A stretch of DNA of 64,000 nt from Planctomycetota bacterium (GTDB lineage Bacteria; Planctomycetota; UBA8108; SXIK01). The stretch covers positions 1,056,001 to 1,120,000 of the forward strand of contig OZ244999.1 in assembly GCA_965223265.1 (NCBI GenBank). The letters are read 5' to 3'. Below, piece by piece: positions 1-10,200 of this stretch. The notes beneath the pieces were generated by a model that saw only the letters and a list, made by a program, of their open reading frames with translations, was not told the origin of the DNA and did no database searches. The translations under genes and the position numbers were made by a program. Position 1 is the first letter of the stretch; every line of letters starts with the position of its first letter.

Positions 1-2991
1 CGGATTCGGGAGCAGTTCGTTGCAACAGTCTCGTGTGGCGCCGAAACACACTGTGCCAGGGGTGAACTCGCCGCACGTTCCCTGGTGGATTTCTGGTGTG
101 AGTTCTAAACCAACACTAAACCGTTCGCCGATGTCCACAGACAACAATTGCTCGGCGCCTGTGACGACAACGCTTTCGATTACTCTAAACGACCGGCCCC
201 ACACTATGTCATTAATGCCATCCAGGACTACATCGCGCCGAATGTCCGATTGACACGGGTCGGCGTCGTCACAGCACTTTTGTTTAAAACCTCCCAGCGC
301 CACCTCTCTCCGATGCTCCATAGAGAAAGGTAATTCTAGCAATCCAAGCCCATGAACCCGTAACCAGGGACCTGCGGCTCTGCTCCAAGGCTCTGTTACT
401 CCGTCCTCACAAGGCGGCCCAGGTTGCCCTTCGCAGCAATCTGGTATCTCTAGATGTCGCCAGCGCCCGTTTAGGCACACGTCTTGGGTGCACTCCTCGT
501 TATCGTCAGCCGCTGGGTCGTCTGGGTCGCACCCTCCACACTGCTCGCCGCCCAGTTGCCCTCCCTGCCCGTCTCCCTCCGGGCCGGAGCAACAATCCCC
601 AGTCACCGCGTACGGCGGGCAATTGCACCCCCAGCCAGAAAGCGTAAGTCCGCTCCCTGGGTCACTTACCATCTTCGAGCCGTCTTCTGTTACGTGCCCA
701 GTGGCCACGATATCGAACTGGCCCGTGTCGTGGTTAAACGAAAGAAAGTATCCCGCGGCGCCAGGCGGAAGAGCTGACATGTTCGGATATTCAATGGCTA
801 CAGGCCTCTCTTGGTCAAAGACCATACCTCCAGGCTGAAACGTCCAGGCAAAAGGCGGTGCAGCGCCGTCTGGCATGGGCATGGGAATGTCGTCGTGGTG
901 CACTTGGCTTAGCGAAAGCTCAACGGGCGTCGCGAGCGGTCGCTCCGGCGTTGGTGTTCGGTTGTCTGCTGGTACCACGCCTTCCTCTACCAAAGACAGA
1001 GGAAACGTGACTGACCCAGCAAGCACTGTCATTTTCAACCCGTCAAGCTCTGGAACAGTAAGCTCCACGGTCTTTGAGCCGTCGTAAAGCACCCTATTTG
1101 CAAAAGGGAGTTTCGGCAGCAGAATTGGAGAAGGAAGCGAGTTGTCGACCCCTTGAGTGAGGACGATTTCGTCGTAGTGAAGTTCAGGGTAATCACAGTC
1201 GCCCCCGCAATCGGCCGTGCGTCCGTCAACGTGAAGCGTAGCAAATCCTGGCCGAATGCTTGAAGGAACGTCTGGGTCAAAGTCTGTGTCAGGAAGTGAG
1301 AATTGCCCAGTTGCGCTTGTAAGGGTACTAAAGGCCTCTTCGCCCGCGGTAAGAGTTACGTGAGCCCCGGCAATCGCGTTTCGAGTGTTGTCAAGGACAA
1401 CGCCAGAAAAACGTGTCGTGGTCTCGTCGTCGCGTGTTGCGGCAAAGACCGTAAACCTCGCTGGTCCCCAGAGGTTCTGCGGAAAGTCAGCAATGACCAC
1501 GTGGTTTCCCGACTCAGGTCCAGGCACAAACGAGACCTCCGCATGTCCTGTTTGACTCGTCCGAACGGTAAAAAACTCTTCGCTGTTTACTTTGCCGCCA
1601 CCCTGTGCGACTGCGAATGTAACTGGCACACCTTCAATACCGTTACACCCATCGTTTATCCATACGCGTAGCGGCTCTGGAAGGGGAGTTTCAGTCGCTC
1701 CGCGCTGACTTCCGCCAGAGCCTATGTTGATTTTCGTTGCTCGACCAGGAAGAGCTGAGGCGCAGAACGAGACACCGCCTTCAACATCTGCGCTAGTCAC
1801 AGAGACACGATTGTTTCCGCAACCTGCATCTGCTCCAAGCCTAAGATAGGCGCTGGCAATTCCATTCTCGTCTGCTCTTGCCTGTAGGGTCATCAGTCCG
1901 TCTTCTCGTAGCACACCTGGCGACAGTGCCAGCCGCGCGTCGCTTCGGGTGACGCGAAACGTGACAAGCTTACGTGCAAAAGGTGAGCCATCTCGTCTAA
2001 GCACGCGAACTACTAACGGTTCTGGAAGCTCCTGGTAGACTGTTCCCTCTTGCGCGTTCCCTGAGACGAGCTCCATCCTGTAGCAATCAGTGCACGGCTC
2101 GACGCGTTGTACGACAATCTGCCTTGCGGCGCTGTTTCCGACAGCGTCGACAGCCTCGACGGTTATCGTATTCTCGCCAAGTTCAAGCGGAATGCCGCTT
2201 CTCTCAAATGTACCGTTCGTCCCGATTCCGACTACGACGTTTGCTGCTACGCCGTCCACCGTAACCGAGAGCCCCATGAATCCACTTAGCACGTCTGACA
2301 CGCGGCCCGCAACCGTGATAGTGGCTGCCGTTACCTCCGCCTGCTCTCCCGGCTCGTCAATGTGGAGACCTGGTGCGGTGGCGTCATGAATCACAGACAG
2401 GGCTCTTGGCGCCGTGCGTCCGTTTTCGGATATCGCTGTAACAAAAAGACGGTTTACGCGGTTCTCGTGTAGGTCAACGGGTGTAGAGAATATGCCGCGC
2501 TCGTCAGCCACCGCTTGCGCAAGAACTCTTCCGCCTTCAACCTCAATCGCCACTCCTGAGTCTGCGGTCCCAGAGAGAAGGATAGAGCTCTCGCTTGTAG
2601 GCGAGCTCACAGCGTCGAGTACCGGAATGCCTGAAGCTGGAACTTGAGGGCATGCGCTAAACTCGTCGCAGCCAAAGGCGTCAGGAGTGGGGTCCTCTCC
2701 GCATTCTTCTGTGCCTGGAAACGGCATTTCCAGCGTCCCAGCAAAAAGGACAATCAACGTGTGCACAGGGTCTGAAATGTCGAGCTCGCCGTCGTCGTTT
2801 GAATCGGAAGCGTCTACGCAGGCAAGGGACATCGGGTCATGTAGGAAGAGAAACCCAAGCGTGTGAACGGGGTCGGAAATGTCAACCGCACCGTCTCCGT
2901 TCGATTCTCCTCGAATGAAGCGCTCTGCTGCGTCGGTCGGACCCGACAGAAACACGACCAACAGTGTGAAACAACCCGCACGTCCTGTCAC
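1..2991 (-). CDS. Large secreted protein, N-terminal signal peptide + dockerin-like (Planctomycete type) domain, Ig-like/Cys-rich regions; runs off left edge
   Basis: Not in the ORF track (no stop inside the window). Manual minus-strand translation from GTG at 2991 after GGAGG: MTGRAGCFTLLVVFLSGPTDAAERFIRGESNGDGAVDISDPVHTLGFLF...DASDSNDDGELDISDP; antisense shadow ORFs at 20, 488, 875, 2090, 2414 and 2879 all share one frame. Frame spot-checked only. Confidence 0.8.
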   Translation of the reverse strand, partial: MTGRAGCFTLLVVFLSGPTDAAERFIRGESNGDGAVDISDPVHTLGFLFLHDPMSLACVDASDSNDDGELDISDPVHTLIVLFAGTLEMPFPGTEECGEDPTPDAFGCDEFSACPQVPASGIPVLDAVSSPTSESSILLSGTADSGVAIEVEGGRVLAQAVADERGIFSTPVDLHENRVNRLFVTAISENGRTAPRALSVIHDATAPGLHIDEPGEQAEVTAATITVAGRVSDVLSGFMGLSVTVDGVAANVVVGIGTNGTFERSGIPLELGENTITVEAVDAVGNSAARQIVVQRVEPCTDCYRMELVSGNAQEGTVYQELPEPLVVRVLRRDGSPFARKLVTFRVTRSDARLALSPGVLREDGLMTLQARADENGIASAYLRLGADAGCGNNRVSVTSADVEGGVSFCASALPGRATKINIGSGGSQRGATETPLPEPLRVWINDGCNGIEGVPVTFAVAQGGGKVNSEEFFTVRTSQTGHAEVSFVPGPESGNHVVIADFPQNLWGPARFTVFAATRDDETTTRFSGVVLDNTRNAIAGAHVTLTAGEEAFSTLTSATGQFSLPDTDFDPDVPSSIRPGFATLHVDGRTADCGGDCDYPELHYDEIVLTQGVDNSLPSPILLPKLPFANRVLYDGSKTVELTVPELDGLKMTVLAGSVTFPLSLVEEGVVPADNRTPTPERPLATPVELSLSQVHHDDIPMPMPDGAAPPFAWTFQPGGMVFDQERPVAIEYPNMSALPPGAAGYFLSFNHDTGQFDIVATGHVTEDGSKMVSDPGSGLTLSGWGCNCPPYAVTGDCCSGPEGDGQGGQLGGEQCGGCDPDDPAADDNEECTQDVCLNGRWRHLEIPDCCEGQPGPPCEDGVTEPWSRAAGPWLRVHGLGLLELPFSMEHRREVALGGFKQKCCDDADPCQSDIRRDVVLDGINDIVWGRSFRVIESVVVTGAEQLLSVDIGERFSVGLELTPEIHQGTCGEFTPGTVCFGATRDCCNELLPNP

Positions 2992-3252
2992 TCTAACCCT
3001 CCTCCAAATCCTCCTTATGCTTTCGGCGTCGTGCTCTGAAGGGACGAACCTCAGAGCCGAATTCTACGATTTGGACGGAGCCGAAAGCAACGCGAAGGCA
3101 GCTACCACGGCCACTCGGACGAATTCTTTGTCATGCTCGTCTTCCCTCTCAGTAGAAACTTCAGCGTCGGTGTCGTGTCGTCGCTCCTCAACTGCTTTGG
3201 CGACTTCGACTTCCGGCTGACCGTAGACGATAACGCCAGGTGTCGCCTTGTG

Positions 3253-4428
3253 CTACTCCGTGTCGGTCCCGCCAAGCGCGGCCGGAAGCAGCTCGCTAAC
3301 AAGAGTGGCGACATCGGCAAATGCAGGGTTCCTTCGGTCGACAATCCAGAAACAATCGGACGCCTGAAAAGGGGTCCCGTCTCTTAACTTCCCCTGAACT
3401 GCCACCATGACTTCGTCTCCGTCGTTTGCGGAACCCAGCAAGAAAAACAACAGACGGTTGTCGAACTTCATGACCAAGTCACCTTCGCCGTCAGGAAACC
3501 CGCCGTCACATTCACATGCGACCGCGGACTCAGGCGCACCCGACACATCTTCGAACGAAATACTTAGCGGGGGAATTCGTGCACCATTTGGGGTAACCAT
3601 TTCAAGGGAATCTGTATCAACAGCCTGTACGTTAGTTTCCGGCGTACCTACTAGCGCTACCGTAGTAACCCCATGTGCGCCCCGATTCTCACGTACTGAG
3701 TTTTCACTCAACAGGAACGGATTTGGACACGACCCAGGCTTGATATCCAAACGGAAGTCAACGAATGGGAAGACTTCACCATCTGAACCCAGTGGCTCAA
3801 GGTCCAACAGCTCGACTTCGAATGCTTCTTCTGGCTCAGCAACGGCAGTCGCTGCTTCGTCAGTCGTAATTGCCATCGGGCATGGGTTCACAATTCCCCA
3901 TACGATGAACGTTTCCTGGTCATTCTCAGGGACCGTGACTGTCTTACCGAGCCCAGGAAGAAGGTAAAAGTCCTTGTCGAGCTTCGGGTCACCTGTTCGG
4001 TTTGGCGTGTTTCCAATGCAAAAAGCACGTTGGTCAACGGCGGGGTCATTGCAGACGTTGAGCCCAGTAAACTCGAGATTGAGAACGACGGACCCAATAT
4101 TGCTGTCCAGAAAGGTGCTTCCGTTAAAGACCGAGAGGAAACCGACCTCTGTTATCGCGCCAACCGGTACCTCAGTTGGAAGCCCGAGCCTCTCGCGTGC
4201 AATGAAGGAAGCACCGCTCGGTTGCGAACCAGGCGCGCCTTCGCCCCACAGAATCGCTGTTCCCAAGTCTTTGAAAAAGGAGGCCCACCGAGAACTACAG
4301 CCAGTCGCGCACCGTACTCGTATACACGGTCGGTCCCAAGAGCTCTGGACTTTCAAATCCGCTGTCTGGCTTAGCGCATAGTCGGTCACACAAAGTACCG
4401 CTATGATTGCACAACTTCGAATTGTCAT
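3253..4428 (-). CDS. Secreted protein with DIKPGSCPNP-type C-terminal domain
   Basis: Signal-peptide-like N-terminus, GGAG RBS, motif LDIKPGSCPNP...DGEGDLVMKFD. Confidence 0.75.
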   Translation of the reverse strand: MTIRSCAIIAVLCVTDYALSQTADLKVQSSWDRPCIRVRCATGCSSRWASFFKDLGTAILWGEGAPGSQPSGASFIARERLGLPTEVPVGAITEVGFLSVFNGSTFLDSNIGSVVLNLEFTGLNVCNDPAVDQRAFCIGNTPNRTGDPKLDKDFYLLPGLGKTVTVPENDQETFIVWGIVNPCPMAITTDEAATAVAEPEEAFEVELLDLEPLGSDGEVFPFVDFRLDIKPGSCPNPFLLSENSVRENRGAHGVTTVALVGTPETNVQAVDTDSLEMVTPNGARIPPLSISFEDVSGAPESAVACECDGGFPDGEGDLVMKFDNRLLFFLLGSANDGDEVMVAVQGKLRDGTPFQASDCFWIVDRRNPAFADVATLVSELLPAALGGTDTE

Positions 4429-4822
4429 CTCGTCTCTCCTAGTCAGGATTTACCTCAGTTCTCGAGTCACCATTGATTGAAAGCGTGTCAAGTGTGTTAT
4501 GCTTGAGATAGTGACTTGCGTCTCCTCCACCGAGAAGCCGCTGGTGAAAAACCCCTCCGGCGCTTGCTCCGCGAAGACGGAGGTGTCGGGACTCCCCCGT
4601 GATATTTCCTCTTTCGCACTGTCCTGGTTTCTAAGGGAGTGAGCGTGCTTGTGCTTGTAGACAGCTCGACGGTTTGGACAGAGCACGACCATGCTCCACC
4701 CTCCCATTAGGACCAGACGGAAACTGACTGACCTTGTAACTGAGAAAACTCGCGCCGCCGTAAGCTGCTACATTACTGCTTCTTAGGCGGGGCGGACTTT
4801 CCGTCGGGAGGGGCGCTCGAGC

Positions 4823-5434
4823 TCAATCGGACGATTCCCGGTCAAGCCACTCGCGAAGACGCTTCACTGCCCTCGACACTGCCATTCTCGCGTTCACCTC
4901 ACGCTCAAAGCCCATCGCGTCTGCAATCTCTTCGTACGAGTAGCCACAGAGGTGCCGCAGGATGATGGCCTCTCGGTGGTGCTTTGGCATCTTGAGCAGC
5001 GCCGCTTCAACTCTCTCCTCAAGCTCCCGCGCGCGAGCAAGCCAGCTTGGTGTCGGCATTCGAGAGTCGATGATGGAAGAGAGCATCACGTCCTCAGTTC
5101 GCAGCGCTACCTCCGTTTCGCCTCTACGCTTCTTCGCGTGCTCTGCGCGGTACGTGTCAACGAGCTCGCTTTCCACGCAGCGAGCAAGCCAGTTTTGAAA
5201 CATCGCTGGAGACTGTTCTTTAAATCCGGATAGTCCCCGAAACGCTCGAAGCATCGCACCTTGTACAAGGTCGTCCCGGTCGTAGAGCGAACGAAGCCGA
5301 GTGCCGATTCGAAGCGAGACGATGCGCCTCACGCGCGGAAGGCAGCGCTCAAAGAGAGCGTCAAGCGCCTTGCGGTCGCCGTCTTGGGACGCGACGAGAA
5401 GGCGCATGGTTGAAGAAAGAAAGGGCGAGTTCAT
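4823..5434 (-). CDS. ECF (sigma-70 family) RNA polymerase sigma factor
   Basis: DDLVQGAMLRAF...FQNWLARCV (sigma2) and HREAIILRHLCGYSYEEIADAMG (sigma4); directly downstream of the kinase. Confidence 0.9.
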   Translation of the reverse strand: MNSPFLSSTMRLLVASQDGDRKALDALFERCLPRVRRIVSLRIGTRLRSLYDRDDLVQGAMLRAFRGLSGFKEQSPAMFQNWLARCVESELVDTYRAEHAKKRRGETEVALRTEDVMLSSIIDSRMPTPSWLARARELEERVEAALLKMPKHHREAIILRHLCGYSYEEIADAMGFEREVNARMAVSRAVKRLREWLDRESSD

Positions 5435-5445
5435 TGTGACTGGGG

Positions 5446-8367
5446 CTAATCCTTCGTTAGTGGTTCTCGAATCGGGCGAACGGGTCTCACGCCAATGCTT
5501 CCGGAGCGAGAGCCAAGCGAAGGCCAAGCGGGGTCGTTAAGCTCTGCCTTGATAGCCAAGTCACGGAACGACCCTCCGAATGCGCGTCCCGGTTTCAGAA
5601 AATCCCCGACCGCGCCTTTCGAGTGGTCAAGAGGCCTTCCCGGATTCTGAAACCTCTTCCTCCAAGAGCCCCTACAGAGCTCCCAGACGTTTCCGTGAAC
5701 GTCGTGAATCCCAAACGCGTTCGCGTCAAACAAGCCCACTGGTGCGTGGAGTAGGTATCCGTCGTCAAGCCACGTGTCGAATTCTTGCTCGTTGCCAAAC
5801 CCACCCGCGTTGCGACTGAAAAGGTCACGGACATTTGCTCTGCCGCGAAGTGTCTTCGGGTCGTCTCCACTCTCAAATCCAGAGAACGCCCCACACCCAG
5901 CAAGCCATAGCCACTCGGCACGTTTGGGGACCGCGAGGCCACTGGCGCCTAATACTTTCGTGGCCTCTTCTGTCGAGATGCCTTCTACTGGGTGTCGCCA
6001 AGTGATTTTTTTACCGGCTACCGTGATACCAGCGCCAAAATGACTCGGGTTTCTCTGAGTGAGCGTCTGCCAATTGTGCTGTGTCATCTCGAACTTTGAC
6101 GCAAAGAAGGCTCTCAGCCGCTTTACACTTTCCTTCTCTCCTTTTGTCCTTGGCCTCGGCGGAAGAAGTACAAAGACAAGGCACGTTCTCTCGGTGACGA
6201 CAAGCCGACCGTCTTCACCTCGTGTTGGAACGTCGCCGGTTTCTGGGTGAGCGAACTCAAACAGCCCAGAATCGGGGTCTACTCCAAGAGGAAGCAGTCC
6301 GAACTGAGGTTCGAGCGTCAAGCCACTGTATCTCGCGTTTGCCCTAATCGAATCTGTAACCTCCCCCCAGCGCGTGGCCCACTCAGGAACTGCGAGCGAA
6401 AGGTCTCCCGCAAGAAAACGCTTCTCGGCCCTTCTCAAGAGCCCAGGAACCGGTGCTTCAAACAGCATCGCCCTTAGCTCAAGAACAAGCGTAGCAAGCG
6501 TATCGTGAGCGAACTGGTCTTTTTTCGAAGTGAACTCGTAGTGGCCAAATTGTTTGAGCTTTTTCCTAAGGCCGTTTCTCCGCTGCCTTGCCATACGTCG
6601 CCGATTCTTCAAAGTCTCAAGTCGCGCGGTGAAGATGGACTCTGACGTAAACGCTACGTGACTAACTCGATGTCGCCTGAGTTGACGCATTTCTGCCTCA
6701 ACGCCTAGCCCTTCCTCTGTTGTCTCCTCCAGGGCCTTTGCAAATGGGAGGTAATCAATCGCTGCTCTGCTTCGAAGGTGCTTCCCGTCTACCGGTTGCC
6801 CTCTCTTTCGCAGTTCCTCAAGTCGCCTTTCATACTCCGGCAGGCCGCTAAGTGCAGCATTCGCGTCTCGCAGGAACCGGTCGAGGACCGAGAGGCTTTC
6901 TTCGGACCCAAGACTTTCCGCCCTTCGTTCCAGGTCGAGGAGAACTTTCAAGTCAGTCAGCTGTACGATTTCTTCTCTAGCCTTCGTTCGAATGAAGGTA
7001 ACGACAGCTACGGAAACGACGACAACAAGGAAGAGCGAAGCAAGAAACAAGGCTGCCGCGCGGTTTCGCTTGACCCATTTTCTAAGTTCAGGAACTGCGC
7101 CCTGGTGGTGAGCCCGCACCACTCGGTCGTCAAGAAAATCCTGTAAGTCCGCCCCAAGCTCTCCCATGGAGGAGTAACGATTCGCAGTGTCACGCTCCAT
7201 CGCGCGCTGACAGATGCTCACAAGTTCCGGCGGAGTCTTCGGAGCGAGTCGTTCTACGGCGACTGGTGGTCCAGAGCGTACCCTCTGAAGCACTCTCGCA
7301 GGAGTTGTCTCGCTCCGGTCGCCTTCAGCTGTGGAGTACGGCACCTGCCCTGTCAGAAGGGTGTAGAGCATGGCACCAACCGCGTACACGTCGGTACGCG
7401 GGCCTACGAGCTCAGGATTCCCTTCAGCTTGCTCTGGAGCCATAAAAGGCGGCGTGCCAAGCACAGCGCCATAAGCGGTGAGCTCTGTGTCATCTCCTTC
7501 GAGAGGTGTGTCGGGGCTATCGCCCCGGCGCACTTCTTGAACCAGGGCGCGGCCCGAGTCAACTTCACGGGCAAGCCCCCAGTCCATCACGTACAGCTCG
7601 CCAAAGGCCCCGACCATTACGTTGGTTGGCTTTACGTCGCGGTGGACAACACCTCGTGAATGCGCGTGCTCGAGCGCATGGCAAACCTGAACAAGAAGGC
7701 CAATCACACGAGCAAGACTCCACTCGGCGCCACCTCTGCGGTACTTCTCGAAGACCGCGTCGAGAGTCATCCCACTAACAAGCGGCATGGTAAAAAAACG
7801 GTGCCCCTCAGGGTCGGACCCAACGTCAAGCACCTGGACGATACCGGGGTGGTCAAGCTTCGCTCCGATTCTCGCTTCGCGAAGGAAGCGAAGAGCTGCT
7901 TCAAGGTGCGCCTCGCCTGAATCCATACGGGGGAGCAGTACCTTAATGGCGACCCTTCGCCCAAGGTCAGCATCTCGCGCTGAAAGAACAACGCTCATCC
8001 CGCCGCGTGCAACCACACCTTCAACAAGGTATCGCTTTAGCGACTGCGACGAATACGTGGGCTTGCGCTCGATGAGATTCGCAAGCTCCTCGGTTGAGAC
8101 AGACGGAGACTCGCCATGCAGTGCGCGGGCAACCGAATTCTGAAGTTCGCTCTCGCAACCTGACGGTGTGGTCGCTGTTGTGACACCCGCTTCGAGGCTA
8201 CCGGCAAAGGAGTGAAGGAATCTCAAGCCCTCTTCTACGCTAGAGTGAGCGGTGCAGTATGACTCGAAATCGACGGCTTCTCCCGCGCGCTTCCGTCTTA
8301 GGTAATTGGAGTAGAGCTCTTCTGCGCTTTGAGGTCTTGAGGGTGGACGGTCTCTGCTGTCGTTCAT
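5446..8367 (-). CDS. Ser/Thr protein kinase with TM helix and C-terminal FGE-sulfatase (SUMF1) domain
   Basis: GGMSVV, VAIK, HRDVKPTN, DWGLA, GTPPFMAPEQ; C-terminal NAFGIHDVHGNVWE. Confidence 0.92.
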   Translation of the reverse strand: MNDSRDRPPSRPQSAEELYSNYLRRKRAGEAVDFESYCTAHSSVEEGLRFLHSFAGSLEAGVTTATTPSGCESELQNSVARALHGESPSVSTEELANLIERKPTYSSQSLKRYLVEGVVARGGMSVVLSARDADLGRRVAIKVLLPRMDSGEAHLEAALRFLREARIGAKLDHPGIVQVLDVGSDPEGHRFFTMPLVSGMTLDAVFEKYRRGGAEWSLARVIGLLVQVCHALEHAHSRGVVHRDVKPTNVMVGAFGELYVMDWGLAREVDSGRALVQEVRRGDSPDTPLEGDDTELTAYGAVLGTPPFMAPEQAEGNPELVGPRTDVYAVGAMLYTLLTGQVPYSTAEGDRSETTPARVLQRVRSGPPVAVERLAPKTPPELVSICQRAMERDTANRYSSMGELGADLQDFLDDRVVRAHHQGAVPELRKWVKRNRAAALFLASLFLVVVVSVAVVTFIRTKAREEIVQLTDLKVLLDLERRAESLGSEESLSVLDRFLRDANAALSGLPEYERRLEELRKRGQPVDGKHLRSRAAIDYLPFAKALEETTEEGLGVEAEMRQLRRHRVSHVAFTSESIFTARLETLKNRRRMARQRRNGLRKKLKQFGHYEFTSKKDQFAHDTLATLVLELRAMLFEAPVPGLLRRAEKRFLAGDLSLAVPEWATRWGEVTDSIRANARYSGLTLEPQFGLLPLGVDPDSGLFEFAHPETGDVPTRGEDGRLVVTERTCLVFVLLPPRPRTKGEKESVKRLRAFFASKFEMTQHNWQTLTQRNPSHFGAGITVAGKKITWRHPVEGISTEEATKVLGASGLAVPKRAEWLWLAGCGAFSGFESGDDPKTLRGRANVRDLFSRNAGGFGNEQEFDTWLDDGYLLHAPVGLFDANAFGIHDVHGNVWELCRGSWRKRFQNPGRPLDHSKGAVGDFLKPGRAFGGSFRDLAIKAELNDPAWPSLGSRSGSIGVRPVRPIREPLTKD

Positions 8368-8842
8368 TGGGCCATGAGTGGAACATCAAAACCAGAGTGA
8401 CTGAAGCCTGCATATTCTACCGCAGCGCTATCACGCGAAACCAGAGACAGGCTTCCTCGCATGTCGAGTCGCTGCGGCCGCTGACAGAATCAATCGTCTA
8501 GAGACGCCTGGAGAGCTTTGACTCGTGTGCCCGTCACAACGAATCCTCACCTCCACCACTCGGCGTGTCGAAACGTGCGCAGGAAGTCAGGGCTGCAGAG
8601 CTCCTGTATCCGCTCTCAACGTCGAAAACCAACTGGCGAATATTCGACTCTTTTGCGCCCAGGCGGGCGCTGGGTGTGTGACAACTCTTCCTGTATGTGG
8701 GCCCCGTGGGCCGGTCTGCCCCGATTATCTTAAGAACGCGAACCGTGAGACACTTGCCGTAGACAAGGTAGGTCGATACACGGATTTCGCATGGGGTTTT
8801 TGTGGGGGCAAACCACGTCCTTTTTTCACAGGAGACTTCGCA

Positions 8843-9235
8843 ATGTCGAACTTCAACAAAGTCATTCTCATGGGTCGTCTCACCGCTACGCCTGAGTGTC
8901 GCTACACGCCGCAAGGTACGGCCGTGACCGACCTCTCTCTCGCCATCAACCGCAAGTACCGCGCCGGTGGCGAGGGCGGCGAGCTCAAGGACGAGGTGAC
9001 CTTCGTTGACGTCACGTTCTGGGGCAAGCAGGCAGAGACTATCTGTCAGTACACGGACAAGGGCACTTCGCTTCACGTCGAGGGCCGTCTCTCGCTTGAG
9101 ACCTGGGAGAAAGACGGTGAGAACCGCCAGAAGCTCAAGGTCACGGGCGAGAACTTCCAGTTCCTCGGTTCGGGTAACGGCAACCGCGACACCGCGGACG
9201 CCACCGCCCAGGAGCCCGCTACCGCCGGGGTGTAG
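8843..9235 (+). CDS. ssb: Single-stranded DNA-binding protein
   Basis: MSNFNKVILMGRLT...EVTFVDVTFWGKQAE...VEGRL; AGGAG RBS. Confidence 0.95.
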   Translation: MSNFNKVILMGRLTATPECRYTPQGTAVTDLSLAINRKYRAGGEGGELKDEVTFVDVTFWGKQAETICQYTDKGTSLHVEGRLSLETWEKDGENRQKLKVTGENFQFLGSGNGNRDTADATAQEPATAGV

Positions 9236-9410
9236 TCCCGGCACTTTAGTAGGGAAGTCCCTTCGCATGGACTTTTGGGGAAGCGTGTCGCTTCCCCGCC
9301 CTACCTTGTCTATCTCTTAAAACGTTTCCGTATCTGTAAACCATTAGCTCTCCAAAAAATCGGGTTTGAAGTCCCGCGGTGTCTGTGGACTCTTGTTCCC
9401 GCGGCTCTTT

Positions 9411-9796
9411 TCATTTGAGCTCGACAGTCTTTAGCGGCACAAGCGTTTCGGTTGAGAAGTCAGCTCGAGCGTTTATCCGTTGCAGCGGGAAGTGGCCAAT
9501 CAAGGCTTCAAAGTCTCTTCCGTTTGGCTCCATTTCGACAAAGAGCACTTCGCCGCTTACCCAAGGGAAGTCTCCAATCTGGTAGCGACAGGCCCGCAGA
9601 CTTCTCCCGGCTTCTTTGAGCCGTCACCAAGTTCGACTGTGACCTCTCGGCTAAGCGAGAGCTCACCGAACTTCTCTCGCCACGCAGCTGGTAGCGTAAG
9701 GAAGCGAGCGGCGCTATCGACTGTTGCTGGAAACGAGTGCGAGAGCTCTGGCTGTAAGGCGTTTTTGACGGTGACGTTTGCTACGATAAGGCCCAT
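9411..9796 (-). pseudogene. Clan AA (retropepsin-like) aspartyl protease, single frameshift near 9585
   Basis: MGLIVANVTVKN...ATVDSAARFLTLP continues after a 1-nt shift as QIGDFPWVSGEVLFVEMEP...EALIGHFPL; may be a sequencing error. Confidence 0.7.
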
Positions 9797-10006
9797 GCGA
9801 GTGTCATAGCACAGACAAACGGGAAGCACCAAACCGCACCGAACGGACGCTCTCTCACGTTTAAAAGTTGGGCTCTTACCTTATGTGGCCGCAACGAATC
9901 GTGCGAGAGAGCCAAATTCAGACGGCCGTTTCTCACCGATTTCCCATTTTTCTGGCAAAAGAGGCCTGAGTTCTTGTCCCTACATGGGTAGGAGGCAAGC
10001 ACACTC

Positions 10007-10174
10007 ATGCAAAGCGAAAACGAGCCGACAAAAGAAGAGCTCGCGAGAAGACTGACTGCGCTCTTACGGAAGAACCCAGAGATTCTTTGTGAGCTTAAGC
10101 GTCGAATCGAAGAAGAAGAGATTGTCTCTTGGGACGACGAAGAGAGCGGCGGTAGCCGTGGTGAGGGTGAGTAA
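10007..10174 (+). CDS. Small hypothetical protein (55 aa)
   Basis: AGGAGG RBS, MQSENEPTKEELARRLTALLRKNPEIL. Confidence 0.5.
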   Translation: MQSENEPTKEELARRLTALLRKNPEILCELKRRIEEEEIVSWDDEESGGSRGEGE

Positions 10175-10200
10175 GAACGGTCTGTGTGCTACTCTGGGCC

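Noticed and set aside
3065-3252. In-frame extension after the TAG of 3253-4428 (stop read-through)
   Set aside because: Short open frame explainable by chance; no recoding evidence.
5446-5900. FGE-sulfatase C-terminus as a DGR target
   Set aside because: No reverse transcriptase or template repeat seen in the window.
8539-8559. CGAATCCTCACCTCCACCA as a left att partner
   Set aside because: Only CCTCCACCA matches well, there is no T-arm, and the GATC-free signature continues to the left edge.
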